A stretch of 64,000 bases of DNA from an uncultured Saprospiraceae bacterium (GCA_964621185.1 CAZULM010000029.1:987-64986); one strand, 5' to 3'. Numbered from the stretch's first letter, positions 8,102 through 18,531 are shown. The notes: generated from the sequence alone by a model not told the origin. A program made the numbers and translations.

Positions 8102-9508
8102 ATGCTTGCGTTCATCCTCAACAACGAGACGGTACAGACAGATGTGCCCCCCGGCACTACCTTGCTCGATTTTATCCGGTACCACAAGCACCTGACCGGC
8201 ACCAAGATCGGCTGCCGGGAAGGCGACTGCGGGGCTTGCACGGTGTTGGTGGGCAGGCTGAACGGCATGTCGCTGGAATACCGTTCCATGACCTCTTGCC
8301 TGATGCCGCTGGCCAATGCCCGAGGCAAACATATCGTAACTGTAGAAGGCATCAACAAACCTGAAGGCCTGACGGCAGTGCAGGAAGCGCTGGTGGAAGA
8401 AAATGGCAGCCAATGCGGCTTTTGCACCGTCGGCTTCGTGCTATCGCTCACCGGGTACTGCCTGGAGGTGAAGGAGCCTTCCGAAGCTGCGGCCATTTCA
8501 GCAATTGACGGCAATATCTGCCGCTGCACGGGCTATAAATCCATTGAGCGCGCAGCGGCACGGCTTACCAATATGCTGGAAGCGCGCGGAAGCATGCCTG
8601 CCCTGGAATTTGCCATCGAAAAGGGATGTGTACCCGCGTATTTCGCTTCCATTCCACAGCGCCTTGCAGACTTTCAAAGCAGCCCGCTGCAAGCAGAAAA
8701 GCCTGCATCAATTGCCCAAATACTGGGCGGCGGCACCGACTTGTATGTCCAACAAGCCGAGCATCTGGTAAATGTTGCGGCTAATCCCCTTTTCGACAAC
8801 ACGGCATTGCAAGGCATCCGGGAAGCTGACGGCTACCTTGAGATCGGGGCTGCGGCAACGGTCAGCGATCTGATGGAATCCCCACTGATGCAGGGCATTT
8901 TCCCCGACCTCTACAAGCACCTGAAACTGGTATCGTCCACGCCCATTCGCAACATGGCCACGCTGGCGGGCAATTTAGTGAATGCATCCCCCATCGGCGA
9001 CCTCACGATTTGGCTCCTCGCGCTGGATGCCAGCGTCGTGCTGCGCAACAGCAAAGCGCGGGAAATCCCGCTGCGCAAGTTTTACCTCGGGTATAAAACG
9101 CTGGACAAAAGCGCCGGCGAAGTACTGGAAAAAATACGTTTCAAAATGCCAACGGGCAGCTTCCTGTTCAATTTTGAAAAAGTGTGCAAACGCACTTACC
9201 TCGATATTGCGAGCGTGAACACAGCCATTTCCCTGAACCTGAAAAATGGCCGCATCGCGGAAGCCCATCTTTCGGCAGGTGGCGTGGGGCCTATTCCGCT
9301 GTACATGACAAAAACCTCCGAGTTCCTGAACGGAAAAACCTGGCCGGAAGACCCCTCAGCCACGGAAGTGTTGCTGGCACAAGCCAACGAGATCCTGCAG
9401 TCCGAGATCAGCCCCATTTCGGATGTGCGGGGCTCGGCAGAATATAAACGGCTGTTGTTGAAGCAGTTGCTGCGCGCCCATTTCACTGAAATATTGCAAA
9501 AGCCATGA
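8102..9508 (+). CDS. xdhA: Xanthine dehydrogenase small subunit (2x[2Fe-2S] + FAD-binding domain)
   Basis: CREGDCGACTV and CGFCTVG...CRCTGY iron-sulfur motifs followed by an FAD-binding domain. The stop overlaps the xdhB start (ATGA at 9505-9508). Confidence 0.9.
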   Translation: MLAFILNNETVQTDVPPGTTLLDFIRYHKHLTGTKIGCREGDCGACTVLVGRLNGMSLEYRSMTSCLMPLANARGKHIVTVEGINKPEGLTAVQEALVEENGSQCGFCTVGFVLSLTGYCLEVKEPSEAAAISAIDGNICRCTGYKSIERAAARLTNMLEARGSMPALEFAIEKGCVPAYFASIPQRLADFQSSPLQAEKPASIAQILGGGTDLYVQQAEHLVNVAANPLFDNTALQGIREADGYLEIGAAATVSDLMESPLMQGIFPDLYKHLKLVSSTPIRNMATLAGNLVNASPIGDLTIWLLALDASVVLRNSKAREIPLRKFYLGYKTLDKSAGEVLEKIRFKMPTGSFLFNFEKVCKRTYLDIASVNTAISLNLKNGRIAEAHLSAGGVGPIPLYMTKTSEFLNGKTWPEDPSATEVLLAQANEILQSEISPISDVRGSAEYKRLLLKQLLRAHFTEILQKP

Positions 9509-11805
9509 AAAACACCGACGCATATACGCATGTCCGCGGCGAGTCCGTGTACCTCGACGACATTCCTTTGCAGCAAGGGAGCTTGTTCGCCTGCGTGTTT
9601 GATTCGCCGGTGGCGCATGGCATCGTGAAGCATATCAACCTGGAAGTGGCGGAAAAAATGCCCGGTGTGGTCAAGGTCATTTTGGCAAAAGACCTTCGGG
9701 GCGAGAACCAGATCGGCGGCATTGTACCCGACGAGCCGCTGCTGGCCGATCACCACGTGCATTTCCAGGGAATGCCCATTGCCTTGGTGCTGGCCACCAC
9801 GGAGGCGGTGGCGCGTGCTGCCGCCGCCAGCATAAAAGTCGATATTGAGCCTTTGCCGCTTATCACCGACCCACGGGTGGCTTTTGAAAAAAACGAATTG
9901 ATTATCCCGCCCAAAAAATTTCGGCTCGGCGATACCGACGCTGCTTTCGCCCAATGCGCCCACGTGTTCGAGGGCCGCGCCGATGTGAACGGGCAGGAGC
10001 ACCTGTATATCGAAACGCAGGGCGCCTACTCCGTTCCGATGGAAGCCGGGGGCATTAAAATCTATTCCTCCACCCAGGGGCCGACGGCGGTACAACGCTG
10101 CGTCGCGCGGGTAACCGGGTTGCCCATGCACCGCATAGAAGTGGAGGTGAGCAGGCTTGGCGGCGGATTTGGCGGGAAAGAAGACCAGGCGAACACCTGG
10201 GCAGCGCTTTGCGCCGTGGGCACGCAGTTGACCGGCCGACCGGTGAAGTACAGCCTGCACCGCATGGAAGACATGCGCATGACGGGCAAGCGGCACCCCT
10301 ATTCGGCCGACTACAAGATCGGTCTGGACGAAAACCTGAAAATCAAGGCATACGAGGTCGTTTTTTACCAAAATGCGGGCGCTGCGGCCGACTTGTCGCC
10401 CGCGGTGCTGGAACGCACCTTGTTCCATTGCACCAATGCCTATTTTGTACCGAACGTAAAAGCTACGGCATACAGTTGCCGCACCAACCTGCCGCCCAAC
10501 ACCGCTTTCCGCGGCTTTGGCGGGCCGCAGGGCATGTTTGTGATGGAAGCGGCCATTGCCCATGCAGCAGCAAAGATGAAGGTGCGTGCCGCAGCCATAC
10601 AACGGGCCAACCTCCTGAAAACCGGCGATGAATTCCCGTATGGGCAAAAAGCCGAAAGTGAGGCCATCACTTCCTGGGAACAGGCAGATGCGCGTTTCAA
10701 CTTTGAAAAGATACAACACCAGGCAGCCGTTTTCAACGTAGAACACCCGTACAAAAAGCGCGGTGTGGCCACAATGCCCATCTGTTTCGGCATTTCATTT
10801 ACCAAAACCGCCATGAACCAGGCGCGGGCGCTCGTACACGTGTACACCGATGGCTCCGTGGCAGTATCCACCGGTGCGGTAGAGATGGGACAGGGGGTAA
10901 ACACCAAGATACTGCAAGTAGCTGCCCAAACTTTTGGTATTGCCCCGGAGCAAGTCAAAGTACACAGTACCAATACCTTGCGCATCGCCAACACCTCGCC
11001 TTCTGCTGCTTCGGCAACGGCAGATTTGAACGGCAAGGCGACGCAGATGGCTTGTCAGGCCATTTTAGAGCGCTTGAAAGCAGTGGCAGCTGAATCCTTG
11101 GGGCTCCCCGAAAGCAAGGGCATCGCCTTGAAAAACGGCTGGGTTTGGCGCCAAAATGCCCAGACGGCGCTCAGTTGGAAAGCCCTGCTCGAGGCCGCGT
11201 ACCTGAAACGCGTCAGCCTCAGTGAACACGCCCACTATGCCACACCGGGCGTATATTTCGATTGGGAGAAAGCCAAGGGCCACCCCTTTGCCTACCATGT
11301 GTACGGCACGGCCATCGTGCAGGTTACGGTGGACTGCCTACGGGGCACCTATGAGATCGATTTTGTGAAAACATGCCATGATTTTGGCAAATCCATGAAC
11401 ACCGCTGTTGACAATGGGCAGATAGAAGGCGGTATTGTGCAGGGGCTCGGCTGGATGACGATGGAAGAAGTGGTGTACGATGAAAATGGGCGCTTGCGCT
11501 CCAATGCTTTGTCGTCGTACAAAATCCCGGATATCTACGCGGCGCCTAAGGAAATAGACATTGGGCCGCTAACCACGGAACGCGACAACCTCGCCGTATT
11601 CAGTTCCAAGGCGGTGGGCGAGCCGCCGCTGATGTACGGCATCGGGGCCTATTTTGCGATCCGGGAGGCGGTGCTGGCGTTTAATCCGGCGGCGAGCTTG
11701 GCGTTTGATGCGCCGTTTACGGCGGAGAGGGTGTTGGTGGGTTTGTATGGGGAGGGTAGGAATTATTCCGAGATAAGGAAAAAAATCCTTAATTTTGTTG
11801 AATAG
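9505..11805 (+). CDS. xdhB: Xanthine dehydrogenase molybdopterin-binding subunit
   Basis: GGGFGGKE, AFRGFGGPQG (xanthine-type Arg motif) and the KAVGEPPL catalytic Glu motif. 766 aa. Confidence 0.92.
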   Translation: MKNTDAYTHVRGESVYLDDIPLQQGSLFACVFDSPVAHGIVKHINLEVAEKMPGVVKVILAKDLRGENQIGGIVPDEPLLADHHVHFQGMPIALVLATTEAVARAAAASIKVDIEPLPLITDPRVAFEKNELIIPPKKFRLGDTDAAFAQCAHVFEGRADVNGQEHLYIETQGAYSVPMEAGGIKIYSSTQGPTAVQRCVARVTGLPMHRIEVEVSRLGGGFGGKEDQANTWAALCAVGTQLTGRPVKYSLHRMEDMRMTGKRHPYSADYKIGLDENLKIKAYEVVFYQNAGAAADLSPAVLERTLFHCTNAYFVPNVKATAYSCRTNLPPNTAFRGFGGPQGMFVMEAAIAHAAAKMKVRAAAIQRANLLKTGDEFPYGQKAESEAITSWEQADARFNFEKIQHQAAVFNVEHPYKKRGVATMPICFGISFTKTAMNQARALVHVYTDGSVAVSTGAVEMGQGVNTKILQVAAQTFGIAPEQVKVHSTNTLRIANTSPSAASATADLNGKATQMACQAILERLKAVAAESLGLPESKGIALKNGWVWRQNAQTALSWKALLEAAYLKRVSLSEHAHYATPGVYFDWEKAKGHPFAYHVYGTAIVQVTVDCLRGTYEIDFVKTCHDFGKSMNTAVDNGQIEGGIVQGLGWMTMEEVVYDENGRLRSNALSSYKIPDIYAAPKEIDIGPLTTERDNLAVFSSKAVGEPPLMYGIGAYFAIREAVLAFNPAASLAFDAPFTAERVLVGLYGEGRNYSEIRKKILNFVE

Positions 11806-11862
11806 AAGGGCAAAAAAAGATGCCTACTCAAGAATCATTAACCTTATTTGAATGTATTCGCC

Positions 11863-12153
11863 ATGCCTCCTAAATTTGATTCAGCGCTTTTCTGGGACGT
11901 TGATGCGTCGAATATTGATTGGGAAAAAAATGCTCGATGGGTAATTGCCCGTGTATTGTCAAGGGGCGACTTGCCTGAATTCCGGGAATTGGTGCGGTAT
12001 TATGGCTTAGAGCGGATAAAAAATGAAATGTTGCAGGTGCGGTACCTTGACAAAAAAACCCTAAGCTTTGTCGCTGCGCTATTTGAAATCCCTCAAGAGC
12101 AATTCCGATGTTACAAATTGAGACAGTCTACCCCGCAACTTTTGCCGTTTTAA
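11863..12153 (+). CDS. Small protein, probable cognate partner (antitoxin-like) of the downstream AbiEii-family nucleotidyltransferase
   Basis: 96 aa from the first ATG (the track start at 11848 is TTG). Overlaps the downstream gene by 46 nt and shares its AT-rich composition. The family name could not be confirmed without an HMM search. Confidence 0.45.
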   Translation: MPPKFDSALFWDVDASNIDWEKNARWVIARVLSRGDLPEFRELVRYYGLERIKNEMLQVRYLDKKTLSFVAALFEIPQEQFRCYKLRQSTPQLLPF

Positions 12154-12725
12154 AAAAACTGAGTGCGCTGCCGGCGTTGGAGGAATTTCAATTGGTAGGC
12201 GGCACGGCTTTGGCTTTGCAAATTGGCCACAGGCACTCCATTGATCTGGACTTTTTCACGCCAAACATTGATTTTGATGAAAAAACGCTACTGCGCATTT
12301 TGCAGAGCTTGGGTGAAACAGTAGTATTTACCACCGATAAAAACTGGTTAGGCATCAACTTTGAAGGCGTAAAAGTTGACATATTGAAATACCCTTATCC
12401 GTTATTGAAGCCGGTCGTCGAATACGGTGATTTGCGACTGGTGTCAAAAGAAGATATAGCTGCAATGAAACTTTCTGCGATTTCCAGCCGAGGGGCAAAG
12501 AAAGATTTTATCGACCTCTATTTTTTGTTAAAGGAATTTTCTCTTCCTGAAATGTTAGGATTCTATTCTGAGAAATTCGGAGTTCAAGAACATTTTCATG
12601 TAATAAGGAGCCTGACTTATTTTGATGACGCGGAGGACGAGGTCACCCCCATAATATTGAAGCCTGTTGATTGGTCAAGTGTGAAAGAGGGGATTGAAAA
12701 GGCAGTTAGGAACTATTTGCTGTGA
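12108..12725 (+). CDS. Nucleotidyltransferase, AbiEii/AbiGii toxin family (DUF1814-like)
   Basis: N-terminal LVGGTALALQIGHRHSIDLDFF motif and 205-aa size are typical of AbiEii-type toxins. About 35-40% GC against about 58% in the flanks. Confidence 0.7.
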   Translation: MLQIETVYPATFAVLKKLSALPALEEFQLVGGTALALQIGHRHSIDLDFFTPNIDFDEKTLLRILQSLGETVVFTTDKNWLGINFEGVKVDILKYPYPLLKPVVEYGDLRLVSKEDIAAMKLSAISSRGAKKDFIDLYFLLKEFSLPEMLGFYSEKFGVQEHFHVIRSLTYFDDAEDEVTPIILKPVDWSSVKEGIEKAVRNYLL

Positions 12726-12791
12726 ATCAAATCACCATAAAATCTGCGAGAAACAAAATGTAAAGCAGCGTACCACATTCTCCTTCAAAAA

Positions 12792-13784
12792 ATGCAACCA
12801 ATCCCAGCCCTCTGGCGCTTCATTTCCAAACACCTGAAAGCCCAACAGCCCCTCATGCTCCTGATCGTTGCCGAGAGCAAGGGCAGCAGTCCGGGCAGGC
12901 AGGGGTTTAAAATGGCCGTGACTGCCACCGGCGAACTTTGTGGCAGCATCGGCGGCGGCATCATGGAGGTGAAGTTAGTGGAACTGGCCAGGGAACGGCT
13001 ACAAAAACAACAGCAAGCCACCCTGCTCAAAAAACAGTTCCACCACAAAGACGCCGCCCAGCACCAAAGCGGTATGATCTGCTCCGGGGAACAAACAGTG
13101 CTGTTTTTTCCCCTCCAGCCGAAACACTTGAACCTCGCCCGCGAGGTGTTGCGCCTCCTGAAAACCCATAGCCAAGCGCTGCTGCAGGTGCGCGAATCCA
13201 GCATCCAACTGCTGGAGGCCGCAAACCAGCAACCGACCTTTCATTTTGAGCAAAGCGGAGAAAATACCTTCCTGTTTGAAGAAAAAATCGGCTTCCAAAA
13301 CAAGCTGTTCATCTTCGGCGCCGGACATTGCGCCCTGGCCTTGTCCGAACTGATGGCGCGCCTCGGCTTCTACATCATCCTTTTGGACGACCGGCCAGGG
13401 CTAAGCACCTTTGAAAAGAATACCTTTGCCCACGAAAAACACCTGCTGCCCGACTACACGCAAGCAGGCGCGCCAGTACCCGAAGGCGACAACGTTTATG
13501 TCGCCATCATGACCCTCGGCTACCGCAGCGACGAAACCGTGCTCCGGCAACTGCTGGGGCAAAACATCCGTTACCTGGGGATGCTCGGGAGTGCCAAAAA
13601 GGTGGAAACGCTTTTTGAAAAGCTCCGTGCCGACAATATCCCGGCGGCGCAATTGGAAAAAGTACACGCCCCGATTGGGCTGAAGATAAACAGCCAGACG
13701 CCGGAGGAGATCGCGGTGAGCATTGCGGGCGAGATTCTTTTGGTTATGAGAGATGAGTTTTTAGAGATGAGAGATAAGATTTGA
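12792..13784 (+). CDS. xdhC: XdhC/CoxI-family molybdenum-cofactor insertion accessory protein
   Basis: N-terminal XdhC motif (AESKGSSPGRQGFKMAV...GSIGGG) and a Rossmann-like second domain (LFIFGAGHCALALSELMARLGFYIILLDDRP). Confidence 0.85.
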   Translation: MQPIPALWRFISKHLKAQQPLMLLIVAESKGSSPGRQGFKMAVTATGELCGSIGGGIMEVKLVELARERLQKQQQATLLKKQFHHKDAAQHQSGMICSGEQTVLFFPLQPKHLNLAREVLRLLKTHSQALLQVRESSIQLLEAANQQPTFHFEQSGENTFLFEEKIGFQNKLFIFGAGHCALALSELMARLGFYIILLDDRPGLSTFEKNTFAHEKHLLPDYTQAGAPVPEGDNVYVAIMTLGYRSDETVLRQLLGQNIRYLGMLGSAKKVETLFEKLRADNIPAAQLEKVHAPIGLKINSQTPEEIAVSIAGEILLVMRDEFLEMRDKI

Positions 13785-14087
13785 GAGATGAGTTTGCACG
13801 ACTGGGGTGTTTTTGTTTGGGGTGGTTTTTTCAGCACTTTTGGCCAACATTAGGGCGTTGAAGGGAAATTGCAGATGAGGATGGATGGTTGGCTGCCAAG
13901 AAATAACAAATATTTGCCTTTCGGTTTTGCATATACCAACAAGGAGTTATTAAAGCGCAATTAGAAACGCAGGCTTACGGAATGGCAAAACATAGTTTTC
14001 TAAATACTCTTTTTAGAGTACTGAAAACCAATGTCAAACCACCCCCCAAATGCCGTGCGACTCATCTCTCATCTCTCATCTCTCAGA
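13782..14087. repeat. Intergenic segment bracketed by imperfect inverted repeats built on GAGAGATGAG units
   Basis: Left end is gagagatgagtttgcacgactggggtg (from 13782, preceded by further gagatgag units from 13747). The right end reverse-complemented is gagagatgagtcgcacggcatttggggggtg (ends 14087). It exactly fills the xdhC-guaD spacer. Confidence 0.5.
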
Positions 14088-14091
14088 AAAT

Positions 14092-14559
14092 ATGGATCAA
14101 ACGTTCATGCGCCAGGCCATCCAAGAATCCCTCAAAGGCATGGAAAATAACGAAGGCGGCCCCTTTGGCGCGATTGTCGTCAAAGACGGCGTTGTGGTGG
14201 GGCGGGGCAACAACAAAGTCACTTCCAGCAACGACCCCACCGCCCATGCCGAAGTGGTCGCCATCCGAGATGCCTGCAAAACCTTGAACAGCTTTCAATT
14301 AGATGGCTGCGTCATATACACCTCCTGCGAGCCTTGCCCGATGTGCCTCGGCGCCATCTATTGGGCAAGGCCGGAAAAGGTGTATTTTGGTTGTACCCGG
14401 GAAGATGCCGCGGCCATTCAATTCGACGACGATTTTATTTACCGGGAAATGGCTGCGCCGATCGGGGAGCGAAAGATACCGATGGAGCAGTTGCTGCACG
14501 AGGAAGCATTGGCGGTTTTTCGGAAATGGGCGGCAAAAGGGGACAAGGTGGGCTATTGA
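14092..14559 (+). CDS. guaD: Guanine deaminase, CDA-fold (Bacillus GuaD type)
   Basis: 155 aa from the ATG at 14092. PFGAIVVKDG, NDPTAHAEVVAIRDAC and CEPCPMCLGAIYWARP are collinear with B. subtilis GuaD as I recall it. Sits in a purine-catabolism context. Confidence 0.85.
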   Translation: MDQTFMRQAIQESLKGMENNEGGPFGAIVVKDGVVVGRGNNKVTSSNDPTAHAEVVAIRDACKTLNSFQLDGCVIYTSCEPCPMCLGAIYWARPEKVYFGCTREDAAAIQFDDDFIYREMAAPIGERKIPMEQLLHEEALAVFRKWAAKGDKVGY

Positions 14560-14633
14560 AAAACCCCTACCCTGCCTAATTTTCTTCGCACCTTCCCCGT
14601 ATTGGACAAACAAGCATTCGCACTACCACAACC

Positions 14634-15167
14634 ATGCGTCACATAACCGCCCTGTATTGTACAACATTGCTCTCGCTTTGCCTGCTCGCCGGCTGCGACA
14701 AGGACCCGTATTATTTCTACGATGGCCCAGGGAAAAAGCCGGTTTACTTGCCTTTCAATGCCTTGCTCGACATTAAAAACGAAGCGCCGCAGCCAGTTGG
14801 GTTGTCCGGAACCATTTTCCTGAGAGACACCTTGCTTTTTATGCTGGAACAGCGAAAAGGCATCCACGTTTTTAACATCAAAGACTCGCTGAACACCCAG
14901 AACCTGACTTTTATCAAAATCCCCGCCGCCACTGATTTTACCATCAACGGCACAGTGCTCTACGCCGATACCTGGAAGGATTTGGTGGTGATCGATATCA
15001 GTAACCTGTTGCAAATCAAAGAGATCAACCGGATAAAAGACGTGATAAGCCCGGCGCTGTACCCGCCGCTGTACAGCGGCCCTTTTGAATGCGTGGATGA
15101 ATCTAAGGGCGCGGTGGTGGACTGGCTAGACGGGACGGTGGAGGATGCGCAGTGCTGGACAAATTGA
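14634..15167 (+). CDS. Hypothetical lipoprotein
   Basis: Lipobox LLAGC at residues 17-21. No recognisable catalytic motif. Confidence 0.6.
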   Translation: MRHITALYCTTLLSLCLLAGCDKDPYYFYDGPGKKPVYLPFNALLDIKNEAPQPVGLSGTIFLRDTLLFMLEQRKGIHVFNIKDSLNTQNLTFIKIPAATDFTINGTVLYADTWKDLVVIDISNLLQIKEINRIKDVISPALYPPLYSGPFECVDESKGAVVDWLDGTVEDAQCWTN

Positions 15168-15211
15168 GCGAGGAGTTTGGACGGCAATTTGAGCGGGTTC
15201 ACCTTTTTATT

Positions 15212-15313
15212 CCTCACACCGCTTGGTTTTGTGCATGCCGATCTTTGTAATCAATTGAAAATCAGTTGAATCAATCATAATGAATCACAAAAATCAGGCG
15301 AATCATAGTATAC
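15212..15313 (+). repeat. Copy 2 of the dispersed ~100-bp element
   Basis: AATCA pentamers at 15249, 15260, 15269, 15273, 15283, 15292 and 15301. Starts 45 nt after the stop codon at 15167. Confidence 0.85.
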
Positions 15314-15519
15314 ATGAGTTGCGGATACTTGGCTTTTGTGCAGATTCCGCGCAAGAAAGTGGCTCAGATTTTCTATGCATTTTTTTGTGTTGCCCACAGT
15401 GCTTCCGACAAAACCCTATTGCTTCCACACCATGATGAAAACCTGGGGATGACCTGCCAATTTGAAGCGGGAAAACCAGCTTTGCCCGCCCTAGAGGCCA
15501 AAAACAAACAACAGTTCTA

Positions 15520-18500
15520 ATGACCTTTTCTACCGCTCAAATCACCCAGCTTGCCAAACAGCACTACGGCCTTGATGCAACGGCGAGTCCGCTCCCAGGC
15601 GAAATCGACCTCAATTTTCGGCTTGAAACCGCCATTGGCGAAGTTTTCACCCTGAAAATTGCCAACCCCAACGAACGCCGGGAAAACCTCGAGTTCCAGA
15701 ACGCCATGATGCTGCAACTAACTGCGGCAGGATTGGGAATTCCGGTCGTGCGAGCTACCCTTGCAGGCAAAACGGTCACGCCGATCAGCGCCCCCGACGG
15801 CACCCAACGCCTCTTGCGCCTGCTCACCTGGATCGACGGCCGCTGCATCGCACATGTGCGCCCGCACACGCACGAGTTGCTGGAAAAAGTAGGCGCGCTC
15901 TGTGGCCACATCAGCGCCGCCATGCAGGGCTTCGAGCACCCCGCCGCACATCGCTTTATCAAATGGGACGCTTCACAAGCCGCCTGGACAGGGGAGCATT
16001 TGGCCAAAATAAAGGGCGCCGAGAAACAAGGGCTTGCCCGGTATTTCTTGCACCTGTTTGAAAACCAGGCCGTCCCATTGCTGCCCAGCTTGCGCCAAAG
16101 CGTGATCTACGGCGATGCCAACGACTACAACATCCTGGTGGACCACAACCTGCAAAACCCCTCCGTGCCGGGCGTCATCGATTTTGGCGACGCGGTTTTT
16201 TCCCACACCATCAACGATTTGGCCGTGGCGGCAGCCTACATGGCGATGGGCAAGCCCGACCCGCTGGCAGCCATCGCGCATTTGGTGAAAGGCTATCACC
16301 GGGTGTTCCCGATGACGGAGCTGGAAGCAGCGGCATTGTTGCCGCTCATCGGTGCGCGGCTGCTTATCAGCGTCACCTGCTCGGCCATGAACCTGGCCGA
16401 AAACCCCGCCAATACTTACCTCCAGATCAGCGACCGACCCGCATGGGCGCTGCTGGAACAGCTGCGGCAAATCCACCCAGCGCTGGCACTGGCCACCATC
16501 CGCCAGGCCTGCGGCTGGGAGCCTTGCCCGAAAAAAGCGGCGTTTGAACATTGGTTGAAAAAAAACCAGGCGCATGCCCAGCCCATCGTTTCAACCGACT
16601 TGAGCCAGGCTGTTTGGCTCGACCTCAGCGTGGGCAGCCAAGACCTGGGCAATTACGCCGATATCGAAGATGCCGAACTGCTGCACCGCCGCATCCAGGA
16701 TGCACAAAATGGGAAACCTGGCATTGGTCGCTACAACGAAGCACGGCCATTTTACACCACCGATGCCTACGAAGTGCGGGGCAACAACGGCCCGGAATGG
16801 CGCAGCATCCACATCGGCCTCGATATTTTTATGGAGGCCGGCACGCCTGTGATGGCGCCTATCGCCGGCACCGTGCACAGCTTTCAGGACAACGCCCACG
16901 AGCGCGACTACGGCCCCACCATCATTTTAGAGCACAAGGTATCGGATGCGCTTACTTTTTATACCTTGTACGGCCACCTCACCCGCACCTCGCTCAATCG
17001 CTTGCAGGTCGGGCAGCCCATCGCCGCAGGAGCGCGTTTTTGTGAGATCGGCCCCATGCCCGAAAACGGCAACTGGTCGCCACACCTGCACTTTCAGGTG
17101 ATTTTGGACATGCTCGACAAACAAGGCGATTTCCCCGGTGTCGCTTTTCCCGAAAAACGCGCTGTCTGGACGAGCCTCTGCCCCGACCCCTGGCTGCTGC
17201 TGACCGGCCAGCCATCGCCCGCGGCGAGCGATTCAAGCACCGAGCAAATCCTGGAAACCAGAAAAAAACATCTGGGCAAAAACCTGAGCGTTTCCTACCA
17301 AAAGCCCCTCACCATGCTGCGCGGCTGGCGGCAATACCTGTTCGACGACACAGGCCGGCGCTACCTCGACACGGTGAACAACGTCGCGCACGTGGGGCAC
17401 GAGCACCCGCGCGTGGTGCGTGCCGGGCAGCGTCAAATGGCGGTGCTGAACACCAATACCCGTTACCTGCACCCCAACATCACCCGTTTTTCCGAAGCCT
17501 TGCTGGCAACGTTCCCGCCTGAACTACAGGTGGCGTTTTTCGTCAACAGCGGCAGCGAGGCCAACGAACTGGCTATGCGCTTGGCCAAGGCTTTCACCAA
17601 GCAGCAAGACATGATCGTGGTGGAGGTTGGCTATCATGGCAACACACAAGGTTGTGTCGATGTTAGTTCCTATAAGTTTGACGGGCCAGGCGGGCGCGGA
17701 GTGCCGCCAAGAGTGCATGTAATGCCCATCCCCGACACATACCGGGGCATTTACCGCAGTAACACGCCTGAAACCGGGAATAAATACGCGGCCCATATCG
17801 CGACAGCCATTGCCGATATTGGGGCAGAAGGCCGAGGCCCGGCAGCCTTTATCTGCGAATCGGTGATCAGTTGCGGCGGACAAGTGACGCTGCCGCCTGG
17901 GTATTTGAAAACGGCCGTGGCTCTTGTCCGCACTGCCGGAGGGCTGTACATCGCCGATGAGGTGCAAACTGGTTGCGGGCGGCATGGCCAATATTTCTGG
18001 GCGTTTGAGGAACATGGGGTGGTGCCGGATATTGTCACCATCGGCAAGCCCATCGGCAACGGGCACCCGCTGGCCGCTGTGGTGACCTCCCGCGCCATTG
18101 CCGACGCATTTGCCAATGGCATGGAATACTTCAACACTTTCGGCGGCAACCCGGTTTCCTGCGCCATCGGGCTGGAAGTGCTGCGGGTGATCCAGGAAGA
18201 AGGCTTGCAGCAAAACGCGCTGGAAATCGGAGCCTATTTGAGTGGCCAGCTAAAAGACTTGGCTGCACAATTCCCCATCATCGGCGACGTGCGCGGGCCA
18301 GGGCTTTTCCTGGGCATCGAACTGGTGAAAGACCGGGGGAGCCTCGCACCCGCCGCGAGCCAGACAGCTTACCTGGCCAACCGCATGCGGGAACTGGGCA
18401 TCCTGATGAGTACCGACGGGCCCTACCACAACGTGCTGAAGGTTAAGCCGCCGATGGTTTTTTCGAAGAAAGACGCTGCGTTTTTGCTGGAAATGCTGGA

Positions 18501-18531
18501 AAGAGTGTTGCAGGAGGATTTTATGCAATAA
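15520..18531 (+). CDS. Tri-domain fusion: aminoglycoside-phosphotransferase/hydroxylysine-kinase-like domain + M23 (LytM) peptidase-like domain + class-III PLP aminotransferase/phospho-lyase-like domain
   Basis: Kinase motifs YGDANDYN and IDFGDA (about 15520-16540). M23 motifs HIGLD and HLHF (about 16740-17130). Class-III aminotransferase motifs [19 protein letters not shown] and the [11 protein letters not shown] lysine (about 17260-18531). No signal peptide. Confidence 0.85.
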   Translation: MTFSTAQITQLAKQHYGLDATASPLPGEIDLNFRLETAIGEVFTLKIANPNERRENLEFQNAMMLQLTAAGLGIPVVRATLAGKTVTPISAPDGTQRLLRLLTWIDGRCIAHVRPHTHELLEKVGALCGHISAAMQGFEHPAAHRFIKWDASQAAWTGEHLAKIKGAEKQGLARYFLHLFENQAVPLLPSLRQSVIYGDANDYNILVDHNLQNPSVPGVIDFGDAVFSHTINDLAVAAAYMAMGKPDPLAAIAHLVKGYHRVFPMTELEAAALLPLIGARLLISVTCSAMNLAENPANTYLQISDRPAWALLEQLRQIHPALALATIRQACGWEPCPKKAAFEHWLKKNQAHAQPIVSTDLSQAVWLDLSVGSQDLGNYADIEDAELLHRRIQDAQNGKPGIGRYNEARPFYTTDAYEVRGNNGPEWRSIHIGLDIFMEAGTPVMAPIAGTVHSFQDNAHERDYGPTIILEHKVSDALTFYTLYGHLTRTSLNRLQVGQPIAAGARFCEIGPMPENGNWSPHLHFQVILDMLDKQGDFPGVAFPEKRAVWTSLCPDPWLLLTGQPSPAASDSSTEQILETRKKHLGKNLSVSYQKPLTMLRGWRQYLFDDTGRRYLDTVNNVAHVGHEHPRVVRAGQRQMAVLNTNTRYLHPNITRFSEALLATFPPELQVAFFVNSGSEANELAMRLAKAFTKQQDMIVVEVGYHGNTQGCVDVSSYKFDGPGGRGVPPRVHVMPIPDTYRGIYRSNTPETGNKYAAHIATAIADIGAEGRGPAAFICESVISCGGQVTLPPGYLKTAVALVRTAGGLYIADEVQTGCGRHGQYFWAFEEHGVVPDIVTIGKPIGNGHPLAAVVTSRAIADAFANGMEYFNTFGGNPVSCAIGLEVLRVIQEEGLQQNALEIGAYLSGQLKDLAAQFPIIGDVRGPGLFLGIELVKDRGSLAPAASQTAYLANRMRELGILMSTDGPYHNVLKVKPPMVFSKKDAAFLLEMLERVLQEDFMQ

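Noticed and set aside
9196-10746. 516-aa minus-strand ORF antisense to xdhA/xdhB
   Set aside because: Shadow ORF. The sense strand carries unmistakable xanthine dehydrogenase motifs, and the antisense product is low-complexity (G/R/H/A-rich).
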